DNA from: Octopus bimaculoides
Taxonomy: Eukaryota
Assembly: GCF_001194135.2 (NCBI RefSeq)
Contig: NC_068994.1
Location: forward strand, 43,586,768 to 43,650,767
Length of the DNA: 64,000 nt
Direction: 5' to 3'
The position numbers and the translations under genes are program-made. The notes beneath the pieces are model-generated. The model saw only the letters and a program-made list of their open reading frames with translations. It made no database searches and had not been told where the DNA came from. Position 1 is the stretch's first letter. Every line of letters starts with the position of its first letter. Shown here one piece after another: positions 51,412 to 64,000 of the stretch.

Positions 51412-51702
51412 ATTGTTTTACATTATGAAAAAAGTTCGGGCACTACTTTGATACAGAGGTCCCGATGCATCTACGTAACGATATGTTTTTACAGTGCACA
51501 CTCGTTTGGGCGTTAGGATTAGAGTTAGGTTTATGGCAGTATACTTAATATTTTGAAGTTATAAGCTTCGCTGTGTAATATAATCAAACGTTTATGCATC
51601 TCCGTGGCATGCAAAATATTGGAATTGCTCTGACTATTTGTAGATTTATCGAGAACAAGTGACTTCGTTTTATGCTCACAGAGAAATTTATAGTTTATAG
51701 GC

Positions 51703-52000
51703 AGAGGCATGGTTGTGTGGTGAGAAATTTGCTTCCTAACCACATGGTTCTGGGTTCAATCCCACTGCGTGGCATCTTGGGCAAGTGTCTTCTACTAGAG
51801 CCTCGGGTCAGCCAAAGCCCTGTGAGTGGATTTGGTAGACGAAAAGTGAAAAAAGTTCATCGTATATGTGTGTGTGTGTGTCTGTCTGTGTTTGTCCCCT
51901 CGCCTCGCTTGACAACCGATGCTAGTGTGTTGATGACCTCCGTAACTTAGCGTTTCGGCAAAGAGACAGACAGAATAAGTACTAGGCATATAAAGATAAG
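51703..52000 (+). mobile_element. tRNA-derived SINE copy
   Basis: Similar to 48150-48540. Confidence 0.85.
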
Positions 52001-53414
52001 TCTGAATAGTGGAAAAATCGTTAGTCCGACAAAATGTTCCTGTTTCTCGGACAAGCGATTGTGTATTAAACATTTTAAAAATTATAACTATTTATATCAA
52101 GCACGTGGTCTCTCGAAATAATATTGTCATGCGTTGATTGGCAGTTTCATATTTCCAAACAGAACTAGCTATTACAACAACCGAATATTTCGTTGCCCAT
52201 AGATACATATAAACATTTCACAACGAGGCTTACAATTGAAACGTTCGCAGCACACTTACCTCAAAAAGAATTTAGATTAACCTGTTTACACTGTGAGGTG
52301 CACCATTACCGCAGGGCGCGACTTTTCCTTTTCCGGGATATGTGACCCACCCNNNNNNNNNNNNNNNNNNNNNNNNNNNNNNNNNNNNNNNNNNNNNNNN
52401 NNNNNNNNNNNNNNNNNNNNNNNNNNNNNNNNNNNNNNNNNNNNNNNNNNNNNNNNNNNNNNNNNNNNNNNNNNNNNNNNNNNNNNNNNNNNNNNNNNNN
52501 NNNNNNNNNNNNNNNNNNNNNNNNNNNNNNNCCACCGTCTTCCGCTGCTTTGCTCTCAGTCCCACTTTTTCTTTTCTTTTATATTGATCCTTTTTAAGCG
52601 TATATTAGTAAATAAAATATTTTACATAGAGGAAAAAAATTTACTTTTATGTGGCAAGTAGCTTGCTTACCAACCACATGGTTCTGGTTTCAATCCCACT
52701 GCGAGGCATCTTAGGCAAGTGTCTTCTACTATAGCTTCGGGGCGACCAAAGCCTTGTGAGTGGATTTGGTAGACGGAAACTGAAAGAAGCCCGTCGTATA
52801 TATGTATATATATGTATAAGTATGTGTGTGTGTATGTGTCTGTGTTTGTGCCCCAACATCGCTTGACAAACCGCGATCCTATGACCGCGAGTCCGCTGCC
52901 CTAACCATTGGGCCATTGCGCCTCCACATCATATATGTATAGATCATGATCTACATATTCACACACACACACACAATGTTGCATACAACTTGCTATATGG
53001 GACTCTTCTGTTAATAAAACCAATACTGTTGGACGTTGCTGAAATTGTCATCTCCAGTCAACAGTTGATGGAGGAAGACAATGTCCAGGTTATTTTAACC
53101 TACACTGTAGCACACTTCTTTGTCATCCATGCAGCCACCCCACCAAAATATATGCAAGTATGTCATTATCCAGTTATATTTCAAAATTTGGGGCTAAAAG
53201 AGAAAGAGCCAGATTATAACCTAGATCCAAGGCCCATTCATTGGAATTTCATCGTCAACAACAGGATATTTTGGTATGTTTGTATACATGCAGTTTTGTA
53301 CGTTTTGTTTTACGTGTGCCTTCTTATCCATATACTTGCACATCTAGACATGTTCATATATACTTAAATGACAAACTTCTGGAAAGTTTTTGCAGATTAT
53401 TTATGTATGTATCC

Positions 53415-54317
53415 GTAATCTTCCAGTTTCGGGAGGTAAAAAAAGTAAATAATACAAGGGAAATAACTTAACGTCTTACTAGTATTATCCGTACTCTCCT
53501 CACTCCACCCGTTCGCAAGCGCGCATTCTTCATATTCGTTCACAGCAAGTTGTTTTACACCTATTACACTAATTTATTTTTTTATTTTTGAGCTCGGGTC
53601 AAACGCTTTAGTTTGACTGTTATTTCCCTACACTGGAAGATTACCAGAAGTTGTTGTGCAGCCGGTACTATGATATTCAATCTCGTGTGTGATTTATATA
53701 TAAACAGTTAACTTCAATCACGTGTGTGATTTTATTTATAAACAGCTAAAAAAAAAAAAAACATTTCAGAGTAGTACGGATAATACTAGTAAGACGTTAA
53801 GTTATTTCGGATCTTTTTTAAAACGGGGGCNNNNNNNNNNNNNNNNNNNNNNNNNNNNNNNNNNNNNNNNNNNNNNNNNNNNNNNNNNNNNNNNNNNNNN
53901 NNNNNNNNNNNNNNNNNNNNNNNNNNNNNNNNNNNNNNNNNNNNNNNNNNNNNNNNNNNNNNNNNNNNNNNNNNNNNNNNNATTTGCTGTTTTACCCTAA
54001 CCCTAACCCTATCACCGATAGAATTGTTTCAGAATCGTTTGTTTATGTAGTCGGCACTTAATGTATATCGGCTGAATGGACGTCAGTGATTGGTTGAAAT
54101 TACAGAAATACGACAACTTTAACATGGAATAACTTAGGGATTTCTTTTTTTTTAAAGAAGACTAAGAGAAAAAGATGTTTTATATGACACATTCTACCAG
54201 TGTTCCAAGTTTCAAAGTGTTTCGTTAATGAAAAATGTGGCCCCCGTTTTAAAAAAGATCCGTTATTTCCCTTGTATTTTATTTACTTTTTTTTACCTCC
54301 CGAAACTGGAAGATTAC
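53415..54317. mobile_element. Nested inverted-repeat DNA element(s): outer TIR pair with an inner 35-bp perfect TIR element (53461-53807)
   Basis: Outer arms gtaatcttccagtttcgggaggtaaaaaaag... / ...cctcccgaaactggaagattac. Inner arms aaataacttaacgtcttactagtattatccgtact and its exact reverse complement. Confidence 0.8.
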
Positions 54318-54583
54318 CCAGTATGTATATTTTCCTATGTAGGTGTATGAATGTAAATACATACAGCTTTATATAACAAGGTATCTATGTTTGCATCAAT
54401 ATGTATAAACCCTCTATCTAGTAATATCAGTTACTAATAGAGCTGATACTATTGTTTTTTTTTCTCTTTTCTTTTTGTGAGGCGGGGTTTCTTTATTTCA
54501 AGACAGTATAGTGTGATTTGAGGAAAATGTTACTGCTATTTCTGCCAGGACACATGATTATGTCGAGGCTCCCTCGTTAGCTC

Positions 54584-55551
54584 TGTAGTGAAATCTCTCT
54601 CTCGGGCATTCAATCACAAATGATAACGAAGCTGCTAACATCTCGCCTACGGTTGCCTTGGACCCTTCTTTCCATCATCCTGATTGGTTCTTATTTGCGC
54701 GGCAATTGTCCCCATGTTCTGCTTGCTAAGGGGGCATTTCGTCCAATCATGGCTTCAGATAAAGTCACGTGATAGAGAGTTTTACAGAACACAGCTACAG
54801 CCAGTTCCAGCGCCGACGTCTTCACCACCTATGTATTGTCTACCACAATGTCGTGCGCCAGCAACCCCACCACCAGGGACACTCCAATATCAACAAACTA
54901 TGTTTTATCTTCACTGTTTGAGTGGATTCTTTCCACCGCGAGCAACAGTCAGAACTAACCAGCTAGAATATACTATACCAGGTAACACAGGTCACAGCAT
55001 TCGACGCTCAACACACATATTGTGAATCCACAGCCAGCTCTGCTACTTGGCCACAACTTCCTGCGTATGAACATTTTCTCTCCTTGTGTAACTCTTATAC
55101 GAACAGGTATTTCTCTATCTCAGTGTTTGAGACTTGTAGTCTATGTTACAGACGCTCTTTCTATGTTCTGTGTTTCCTCTCATTCACATTCACACTTGTA
55201 CACTCACATGTTGTACACACACTATTGTTTATACGACTGTCCGTCACTTCACATTGTTGTATACATTCTCTTGTACACAAAGGCCTGACTTATCTACTGT
55301 GTTAATTATATATGTCGCATGCACACGCACACAAACAGTTTCACTTTGTTAATAAACTTACTCTCATTATATATCTAACGGTTGAGTTTGTCCTAAGTTC
55401 TTTTACTGGCACCATGGCTCGTATTTCACGCTGAGCCTACTCTCTATATATATAATCTCGTATTTTTGTGTTCGACCGTGCGACATGGTAAAAAGGTGCT
55501 TTTTCCGTCTACGTCGCCATCTCCTTTGGTTCGCACTGTCGAAATATTACA
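54584..55551 (+). mobile_element. Solo LTR, 968 bp, 4-bp TSD GCTC (Gypsy-like)
   Basis: TGTAGT...ATTACA termini. GCTC at 54580-54583 and 55552-55555. AATAAA at 55351. More GC/CpG-rich than the flanks. Confidence 0.8.
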
Positions 55552-57631
55552 GCTCAATGTGGTATTCTAATATAGCAAAGTGATTCCTATTCTGAACGTT
55601 GCAATCGCCCAATAAACAGGGGAGATAACAAAATTCATAATTCAGTCGGCAACATTATTTATTTTCCTAGGTTGTTCCCCCTTGCAGTAATTAACTTGAA
55701 CATAAAAATAAAAAAAAAGGGCAAAACCTATTTATCTTGTTAAATACATTTCTACATTTGTATATATGCACACTAGTTGAACACTGGAAACCATGTAATC
55801 GATTTATCACCTTCCATCAAAATTTCAGGCCTTGTGCTTTGTAGAAAGAATTATTAGAGTTATAATTATCAATTATTTGTTTTAATAGTTTTAATTCTGT
55901 TCCAGTTTTGTAAGGCAGAAATTAACACGATCTGTGTGTCTTAGGTACGTGGATTGCTTTTGTTTTGTGTGTGTTTCATAAGTACACTTATTGAAAGTTT
56001 CTAATAGGGTTATTTCTGTTACGTAAGTTGATGCAGACACATTGTTCATATTTTACCTGTCGTGGTAAAAATTGCAGAGATAGTCTAACACAACCTTACA
56101 AAACCTCAGGTAATAAACATGAGTAGATAACATGAAGCCTATATGTCGATTAACTCAGTGGACTGGTTACCACTGATAATTATGCACATATTTCTGTTGA
56201 AAAGTAAAATCACAGCACCTGCAGGTCAGAAAATTTAGTTAATTATCTGTAAAGCTCTAAAAATACACAGCATTGCTCAGTTGAGATTCAGTTGTATTAA
56301 AAGAAAAATGTCAAAAAGATTTTATTTTAATTAATATTTCAATTTTCATTAACTTTAAAATCATTTACTTATTACTGTAAATCCAAGTCGATCTTTTTAA
56401 AACCTATTATTAGTAGGATTTTTAAAATTCATTTCCATGAAGATAAAATAAAAATAACTTATTGTTTACCGAAATTTTAATGAAGTAGTTTAAAGAATGC
56501 ATTGCAAGGGCAACAACTTAGTGTTTTGAAAAGCGAAACAAGATAAGATTTTGTAATAAATTGAAAATTAAAACGAATGTTATTTAGAAGAGAAATGGAG
56601 CATTTAATAAGCCAAAAATTCACCTAAATTTAGTAAATGGTCAAACACATACATACATACATACATACTTACATACATATATATCTGTGATCTTGAGCAC
56701 ATTGGTTTTGAACATACACATAAGTAAAACTTTTTTTTTTCAGCATACATACAGAGAGACAGACAGATAGATAGATAGGTATAGATATGAGCACACATAA
56801 GCAAATTGGCAGAATCATTAGAGCATCGACTAAAATGCTTTGCAATATTCATTCCAGTTTCATGAATTTGGAAGTCAAATTCCTCTGAGGCCAATATATA
56901 TGAAGTACTGGGGTTAGTTCTTTTGACTTTCCATGGTCTCTGCCAAGTTAAAAATGTCCATGACACGTATGCCACAACTGTTCTCTTACATAGTTTAGGG
57001 TTGAAGGCAAGACATATATACATATATATGAATGTGTGTGTGTGTATATATAAAGATATTATTAGTAATAAATAATAATAATATAAGCGGCTAGCATGCA
57101 TAATAACGAAAAAGGTAAATTTATAAATTTATAATTAAGGGCACAATATAGTACCAGTGTTGCTAGAAATAAGAGTAGAAAAGTACTCAAGTAAGCCATA
57201 ATATCACTGAAAATGTAACAAGCTGACAAAATCGAGGAGTGAGTGAAAAGCTAACCTACCATTGTGTGGGGAAAGACACAAAAGAATTTGCAGATATACC
57301 TATATGATGTGATTTTGAACTCTGAGATGTTACTCTTAGTTCTCTTCAGTGGGTCTCACTGCATGGGGTTTAACTCATACCCTACTTCGTCATACTTGTT
57401 GAAATCGTTGAAAAACTAGCACCAAATACAGATGTTATTATTAATAAATAATAATAATATAAGTGGCTAGCATGCTAAATAACTAAAAAAAATTTCAGTG
57501 ATTTTGTGGCTTATTTAAGTATTTTTCAACTCTGATTTCTAGCAATGCTGGTACTATCTTGTACCCTTAATTATAAATTTATATATACATATATAAATAT
57601 ACATACATATATATACATGTGTGTGTATGTG

Positions 57632-57662
<31 letters not shown>

Positions 57663-57709
57663 ATATATATATATATATATTTATATATATAGGTTTTAGG
57701 ACTGTTCCC

Positions 57710-57963
57710 TTTGGTGGGGTAAAGCAGTTGCGTCAGTGCCATGTAAAAACACTTGTGTGGTGCCACATAAAAACACCCAGCACACTCTATAAAGTGGTTG
57801 GCATTATGAAGGGCATCCTGCCATAGAAACCATGCGAAATCAGACTGGAGTCTGGTGTAGCTCCCCAGCTTGCCAGCTCCACTCAAACCATCCAACCCAT
57901 GCCAGCATGGACAACAGACGTTAAATGATGACGGTGATAATGACGATGATGATGATGATGATG

Positions 57964-57965
<2 letters not shown>
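57710..57965 (+). mobile_element. SINE/RTE-tail-type repeat with (GAT)n tail
   Basis: Multi-copy family. Confidence 0.8.
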
Positions 57966-58018
<53 letters not shown>

Positions 58019-58539
58019 ATATATGCACATACATTTATTTGCATGTGCGTACATTTATTTATACCATGGAAAGGTTGTACTTTGTTTTATTACTGCTTCT
58101 CTTTCTTTCTTATAGTATTAATGTGCGTGTGTGAGTGATTTCATATCTCTCTCATCTACATGTGAGTTTCACTCACAGGTTGTGAACAGTGGCTTCACTG
58201 ATAGTCATCTGTTTCCAGTTCTCCATATCTTCATACCTGAGCTGCATGTTATTTGATAGACTGGGAAATTATTATTTCTTTTGGAAACAGGTGGAGTAGA
58301 GGATGGGGGGGGGTGTAGTTGGCAACAACAAGAGCATCTGGTTGTAGAAAATTTTACCCCAGCACACTCTCATCTCACTCATGAAAAATTAAGCATTAAA
58401 ACGATGACAATAATGATGATAATATAGATACACATACACACAGACACACACTTATATATGTATACATATATGTGTATCTGTATTTGTATATCTGTCTATA
58501 TATGTACAATATCTGTATATATATATATATATACACATG

Positions 58540-58571
<32 letters not shown>

Positions 58572-58801
58572 TATTATAACAAAATGCCTTAAGAAATATA
58601 GAATGGGTCTCTGGCTGTCAAAGCATATAAGTATCTTCACTGAAAGTAAAACGTTATATATTCTAATGGGAATGGTATTTTTTAACTTTAATATGAAACT
58701 GTAAAGTAAACTCTGCTGAAAAAAAAAAAAAGTTTTTACTTATGTGTATGTTCAAAACCAATGTGCTCAAGATCCCAGATATTAATATTTAGCAGAGATA
58801 A

Positions 58802-59040
58802 GGGAGCGAGCTGGCAGAAGTGTTAGCACGCCAGGCGAAATGCTTATAGTGGCATTTCGTCTGCCGTTACATTCTGAGTTCAAATTCTGTCGAGGTCGAC
58901 TTTGCCTTTCATCCTTTCGGGGTCGATAAATTAAGTACCAGTTACGCACAGGGGTCAGTGTAATCGACTTAATCCCTTTGTCTGTCCTTGTTTGTCCTCT
59001 CTATATGTTTAGCCCCTCGTGGGCAATAAATAAACAAGAA
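58802..59040 (+). mobile_element. tRNA-derived SINE, followed by a second degenerate copy to ~59230
   Basis: Similar to 19037-19270. Confidence 0.88.
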
Positions 59041-61179
59041 TTGTTAGCATGCCAGGCAAAATGCTTAACATCATTTCTTCCCTCTTTACATTCTGTGTTC
59101 AAATTCCACCAAGGTCGACTTTATCTTTCATCTTTTCAGCGTCATTAAAATAAGCACCAGCTGAGCACTGGGGTCGACGCAATTGACTTCTCCGCTCCCC
59201 TGAAATTGCTGGCTGGTCCAAAATTTGAAATTAATATTTAAAATAGGTTAGTGGATTAGTATAATTGGTGGTATAGTTACAACTTCACAATCTGAGTTCA
59301 AATCCTGCTATGGTTAGTTTGCCATTTAACGTTTCGAATTTGATAAAAGTACCATTATAGTACAAGTGAAGGAACATGGCTTAGTGGTTTGAGAATTCGG
59401 TCCATGATCGTAAAGCCATGAGTTCAATTTCTGGCAGCACATTGTGTCCTTTGAACAAGACACTTTATTTCATATTACTCTAGTTCACTCAGCTGGCAAA
59501 AATGAATTGTACCTGTAATTCAAAGGGCCAGCCTTGTCATATTCTGTGTCACACCGAATCTCCCTGAATCTATGTTAAGGGTATGGGTGTCTGTGGAGTG
59601 CTCATCCACTTACATGTAAATTTCAGGAGCAGGCTGTTCCATTGACTGGATGACAGGAACTCTCTGTTTTTGCTTTTTTTTCTTATTAAAGTACTGGAGT
59701 TGATTGCATTGATAATACTTCTCCCACTAGAACAAGTAGCATAGCCTAATGCCAATGCTATGAATTAATATTTAGGCAGGCTTGGCTAAGTAAGAAGCTT
59801 GCTTACCAATTATGTGGTTTTAGTTCAGTCCTGTTGTGCGGCACCTTGGGCAAGCATCTTCTCCAGTAATCCTGAGATGACCAAAATCTGGTTAGTGGAT
59901 TTAGTTGAAGAAAACTGACAGATGCTCATCACATATATCTATGCATGTGTGTGTGTGTGTAGGTATGTTGGTGCAAACAGGAAAAATAGAACTCAAATAT
60001 GAGTATATGTATCATTATTATCTTCATCATTGCTTAACATCTGCCTTCCATATTTTTATTAATATATAGCAGAAATAACAGAATGATTCAAGCTCCAAGA
60101 GGTTCATGCAATGGCACTTATCAGTGAGACTCTCGGACCTTCAGTCACTTTGTTACTTTTGCTATATATTAATAATGTGTGTGTGTGTGTGTCTCCCTGT
60201 TTTCCCATTGTATGATGGCTGTAAACAACTGTCACTCATTGTCACAGAAGCAATGTTGTTTCTTTCCAGTCTTCTATGAAAGACCTACTGTGTCCAGCTA
60301 TCTGAAAAACGTTACCTTGCTCGGAAACAAGTGAGGGTTGGTGACAGCAAAGGCATCCAGCTGTAGAAAACCTGCTTCAGAGAAATTCTGTCTGACCCAT
60401 ATAAACATGGAGTAACAGACATTCAAACAATGATGATGATAACCATGATGATGGAGATGTTACTGATGATGACGATTATGATAATGTTGTTGTTGCTGCT
60501 ACTGCAGCTAATGATGATGATGATGATGATGATGATGACGGCAATGGTGTTGGTATTCTAATATTCAAAGTTTTGGGGTATCAAGTTGACAGAAGCATTA
60601 GAACAAAATGCTTTGCATTCTGAATTGAAAACTGCTGATGTTAAACTTTGTCCTTCAACCTTCTGGTTGGGGAGGGGAGGAGGAGGCAACAAAAGTACCT
60701 GTCTAGGGTGGTGGATTAATGGAACAATAACAGTGTTGAATAGAATGCCTTGCGGTATTTTGTTCTGGTGTTCCAAGTTCAAATCCTGCCTGGGCCTACA
60801 TGAATGGCAGGCCTACTTTATTGCTCAGGTTGACAAAACCACTTGGCTCTTGGGTGGTGTTAGCAAAGTCCATTCTGTTGCTAGCATTCAGGTCATGCCT
60901 TCAGTTTGAGGATAACTTCACCCTTCCTATATGTCTCGAAATCCTTTGAAAGAGCCATCGACAATGCCCTGTCTCCTAAGTGATAAAAAGAAATAATTAA
61001 GGGCAGGTGTGGCTGTGTGGTTAAGCGGTATGCTTTTTAGGTTCAGTCCCACAGCATGGCACCTTGGGTAAGTGTCTTCCAACCAATACCTTGTGAATGA
61101 GTCTGATAGACAGAAACTGTGTGAAAGCCTTTCATATATGTGTGTGCATATATATATATATATATATATTCTTTTATTC

Positions 61180-61520
61180 TTTTATTTGTTTCAGTCATTT
61201 GACTGCAGCCATGCTGGAGCACCACCTTTAGTCGAACAAATCAACCCCAGGACTTATTCTTTATAAGCCTTGCACTTATTCTATTGGTCTCTTTTGCTGA
61301 TCCGCTAAGTTACTGGAATGTAAACACACCAACATCAGTTGTCAAGCGATGATGTGGGGACAAACACAGACACACAAACATATGGGCTTCTTCCATCAAC
61401 CAAATTCACTCACAAGACTTTGGTCAGTCCAGAGTTATAGAAGATACTTGCCCAAGGTGCCACACAGTGGGACTGAACCCAGAACCATGTGGTATGTAAG
61501 CAAGCTACTTACCACACAGC
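61180..61520 (-). mobile_element. tRNA-derived SINE copy
   Basis: Reverse complement of the 48150-48540 family. Confidence 0.85.
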
Positions 61521-62739
61521 CACTCATATATATTTATATATGTATGCACATATATGTGTGTGTGTTTGTTTGTTTATTTCCATCCCCATGACTTTGGACA
61601 AAAGAGACTGACAGAATAAGTGGCAGACTTAAAAATAAGTACAAGTGTTGATTTGTTCAAGTAGACCTTTTAAGGCAATGCTCCAGCATGGCTGCAGTGC
61701 AATGACTAAAAGCAAGTTAAAGAAAAGCTTAAAAAAATTTTTTAAAAACCATGAAACGAAATTTTGTTTTTAGAAGTAAAGATGGGATTTTGAAACCAAG
61801 GTCAGTGTGAATATTTCTAAATTTTTATCACCATTTCAACTTCATAAGTTTCATCGCAGGCTCTTAAAATATTTCTCTCTCTTTTTTAAGTAAGAGCTGA
61901 TTCTTGTTAAAAATTGAAGCTCTGATGTCATCAAGTTGCTCAACATGTTAAGAATAAAACTGACTAAATTAGGTAAATAAATGACAACTACATTATATTA
62001 ACATGTCTTTATGTATAAATAGAAGGGAGCCCATAGATAATAAATACAGTACAATATTATCTTATGTAATCAAAAATCAAAGCATAGAGTATAAAAAAAA
62101 ATGTAGTTCTTAAAGAAAAAAGAAAATGAGATAAAATTCACAGAATTTTAGATACATTTGAAATACATTCTTACACACTTCAGTTAGACTGCAGTCGTTT
62201 GTGACGTTTTTTTTTTTGTTTTAAATTTTATTTTCAAATATTTATCCTAATCAGAAATCAGAGAAACGGAGGTGCAAATGGCTCATTTTTGCATTTTAAA
62301 CAGTACACACACGAATAAACACATACTTGCTTGTTGCATGTTGAGGTTTCAGTTACTTGTGAACATCTTATAGAATAATGAGTTTTCCCTTTCTTTTCTT
62401 TTAATTATCACATTGTGGAACATCGTAAAAAGACCTTAAAAGCTCATACCACTAAATAGAGCAATTATGAAGGTATTTTTTTCTCAAAGAAGCTGTTAAC
62501 TACTCCTTTCTTTTACATTTGAAAGAAAGAGAATTTCAGAGGGTATACAGCTAAACTTCTCTCGGACGGTTTTCAACAATTTATGAATTTGATTGTAAAG
62601 ATATAGGTGGACACTAAATGTGAATTTCACTGTATACATAGAATTTATTACAAAACTGCAAAATTGTTCCCATATAAATCATTTTTATCATTTGCTGGTT
62701 CACTTTCATGGAAACCACATATATGTGTGTATGTACACA

Positions 62740-62781
62740 CTCAGACACAAGTATATTGAGATATGTGTGTGTGTGTGTTTA

Positions 62782-62824
<43 letters not shown>

Positions 62825-62829
62825 GTATA

Positions 62830-62864
<35 letters not shown>

Positions 62865-63108
62865 GCACATATATATATATGCAAGTACATGTGATAAAAA
62901 GCATAGTCAGTCATACATAATTAAACACATGCATTTTTGTATGTGTTTGTATTCATAGGTACTAACTCTGACTCAGATGTGTGATATACATGTATTTATA
63001 TATAGATATAAATATATAGACATATAAATATGTACATACATATATATATATATATATACACACGCACATAGACATATACATACACATATATATATATGTG
63101 TATATATG

Positions 63109-63203
<95 letters not shown>

Positions 63204-63370
63204 CTTTATATACATAATGTGTAATATACACACACAACACATGTGCGTACATACATGTATATCAATGTATCTACACTTTACATGCACTCACATCGACATA
63301 TACATATGTATGTATGTGGGCATGTATATGCATGCACAAGTACACACACACACACACACACTAATATCTA
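62740..63370. repeat. Compound (TG)/(TA)/(CA) microsatellites
   Basis: Direct. Confidence 0.95.
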
Positions 63371-63729
63371 CCAGTTTTATACTTATACCAGCAGTTCAAT
63401 GGTTAATTTAACCACAACCAATAGAAGTAAGAGGAATGCATTGAATACTTTTACATACACAGTAAATTCCAGTATTTCACCATATACATATTTATATTAT
63501 ATTATATTCCCATATGCTGAAATCTGGCATTTTCACAGTACATCTAACACTAATGACACAGAAGTTATACACAAGTTATCAACCAGAACAACAACAACAA
63601 TGACAACCATTTGAGATGGGAAAATATTTACAAGATAATGATGACGATGATGATGGTGATGATGACGGTGATGGTGGTGATGATGATGATGATAATTCAG
63701 TGATAAAGTACATTACAGTAGGTTGGTTA

Positions 63730-63891
63730 TGTGTGTGTTTGTATACATATATATATATATAAATATGTATATATATTATGTATATATGTATATATATATA
63801 ATATATATGTATATATATATGTATTTATATATATACACACATAATATATATATTTATATATATACACACATATAATATATATATATATATG

Positions 63892-63941
<50 letters not shown>
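63730..63941. repeat. (TA)n-rich microsatellite
   Basis: Direct. Confidence 0.95.
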
Positions 63942-63943
<2 letters not shown>

Positions 63944-64000
63944 TAACTTTTAACCCACCTCATCAGCCTCAAGAGCGTTAGTACTCTAGTTCAGTTCATG

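Noticed and set aside
30500-52300. TIRs or TSDs delimiting each transposase gene as an autonomous Merlin element
   Set aside because: I found no matching GG...CC inverted termini around any copy by eye. A computational search is still needed.
53993-54010. CCCTAA telomere-like repeats
   Set aside because: Only 2-3 units inside a MITE-like element, so not a telomere.
741-63614. Dozens of ORFs rich in YI/CV/HT/MM/DD, plus ORFs running through N gaps
   Set aside because: They are translations of microsatellites or of unknown bases, with no coding signal.

Overview
AT-rich animal genomic DNA, full of microsatellites, with nine N gaps. The SINE families and (TA)n/(CA)n/(TACA)n arrays look like a cephalopod, probably Octopus; that is my inference, not checked against a database. 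Most of the window is non-coding repeat: tRNA-derived SINEs, LINE and mariner relics, MITEs, one solo LTR and simple repeats. The main coding content is three tandem, intact, two-exon minus-strand genes: A 30893-36017, B 41582-45207 and C 47680-51338 (329, 328 and 328 aa). They encode Merlin/IS1595 (ISXO2-like) transposase-derived proteins. The ORF track shows only exon 1. I found each exon 2 by hand, 2.6-4.1 kb downstream, behind a shared phase-1 GT-AG intron. The genes have no visible TIRs or TSDs. The third catalytic residue is altered (E to D, N, D), a conserved inverted repeat lies just upstream of each ATG, and the intron holds a conserved stop-containing cassette-exon candidate. Together this suggests a domesticated, amplified transposase gene family rather than active transposons. 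Coordinates of degenerate repeats are approximate.
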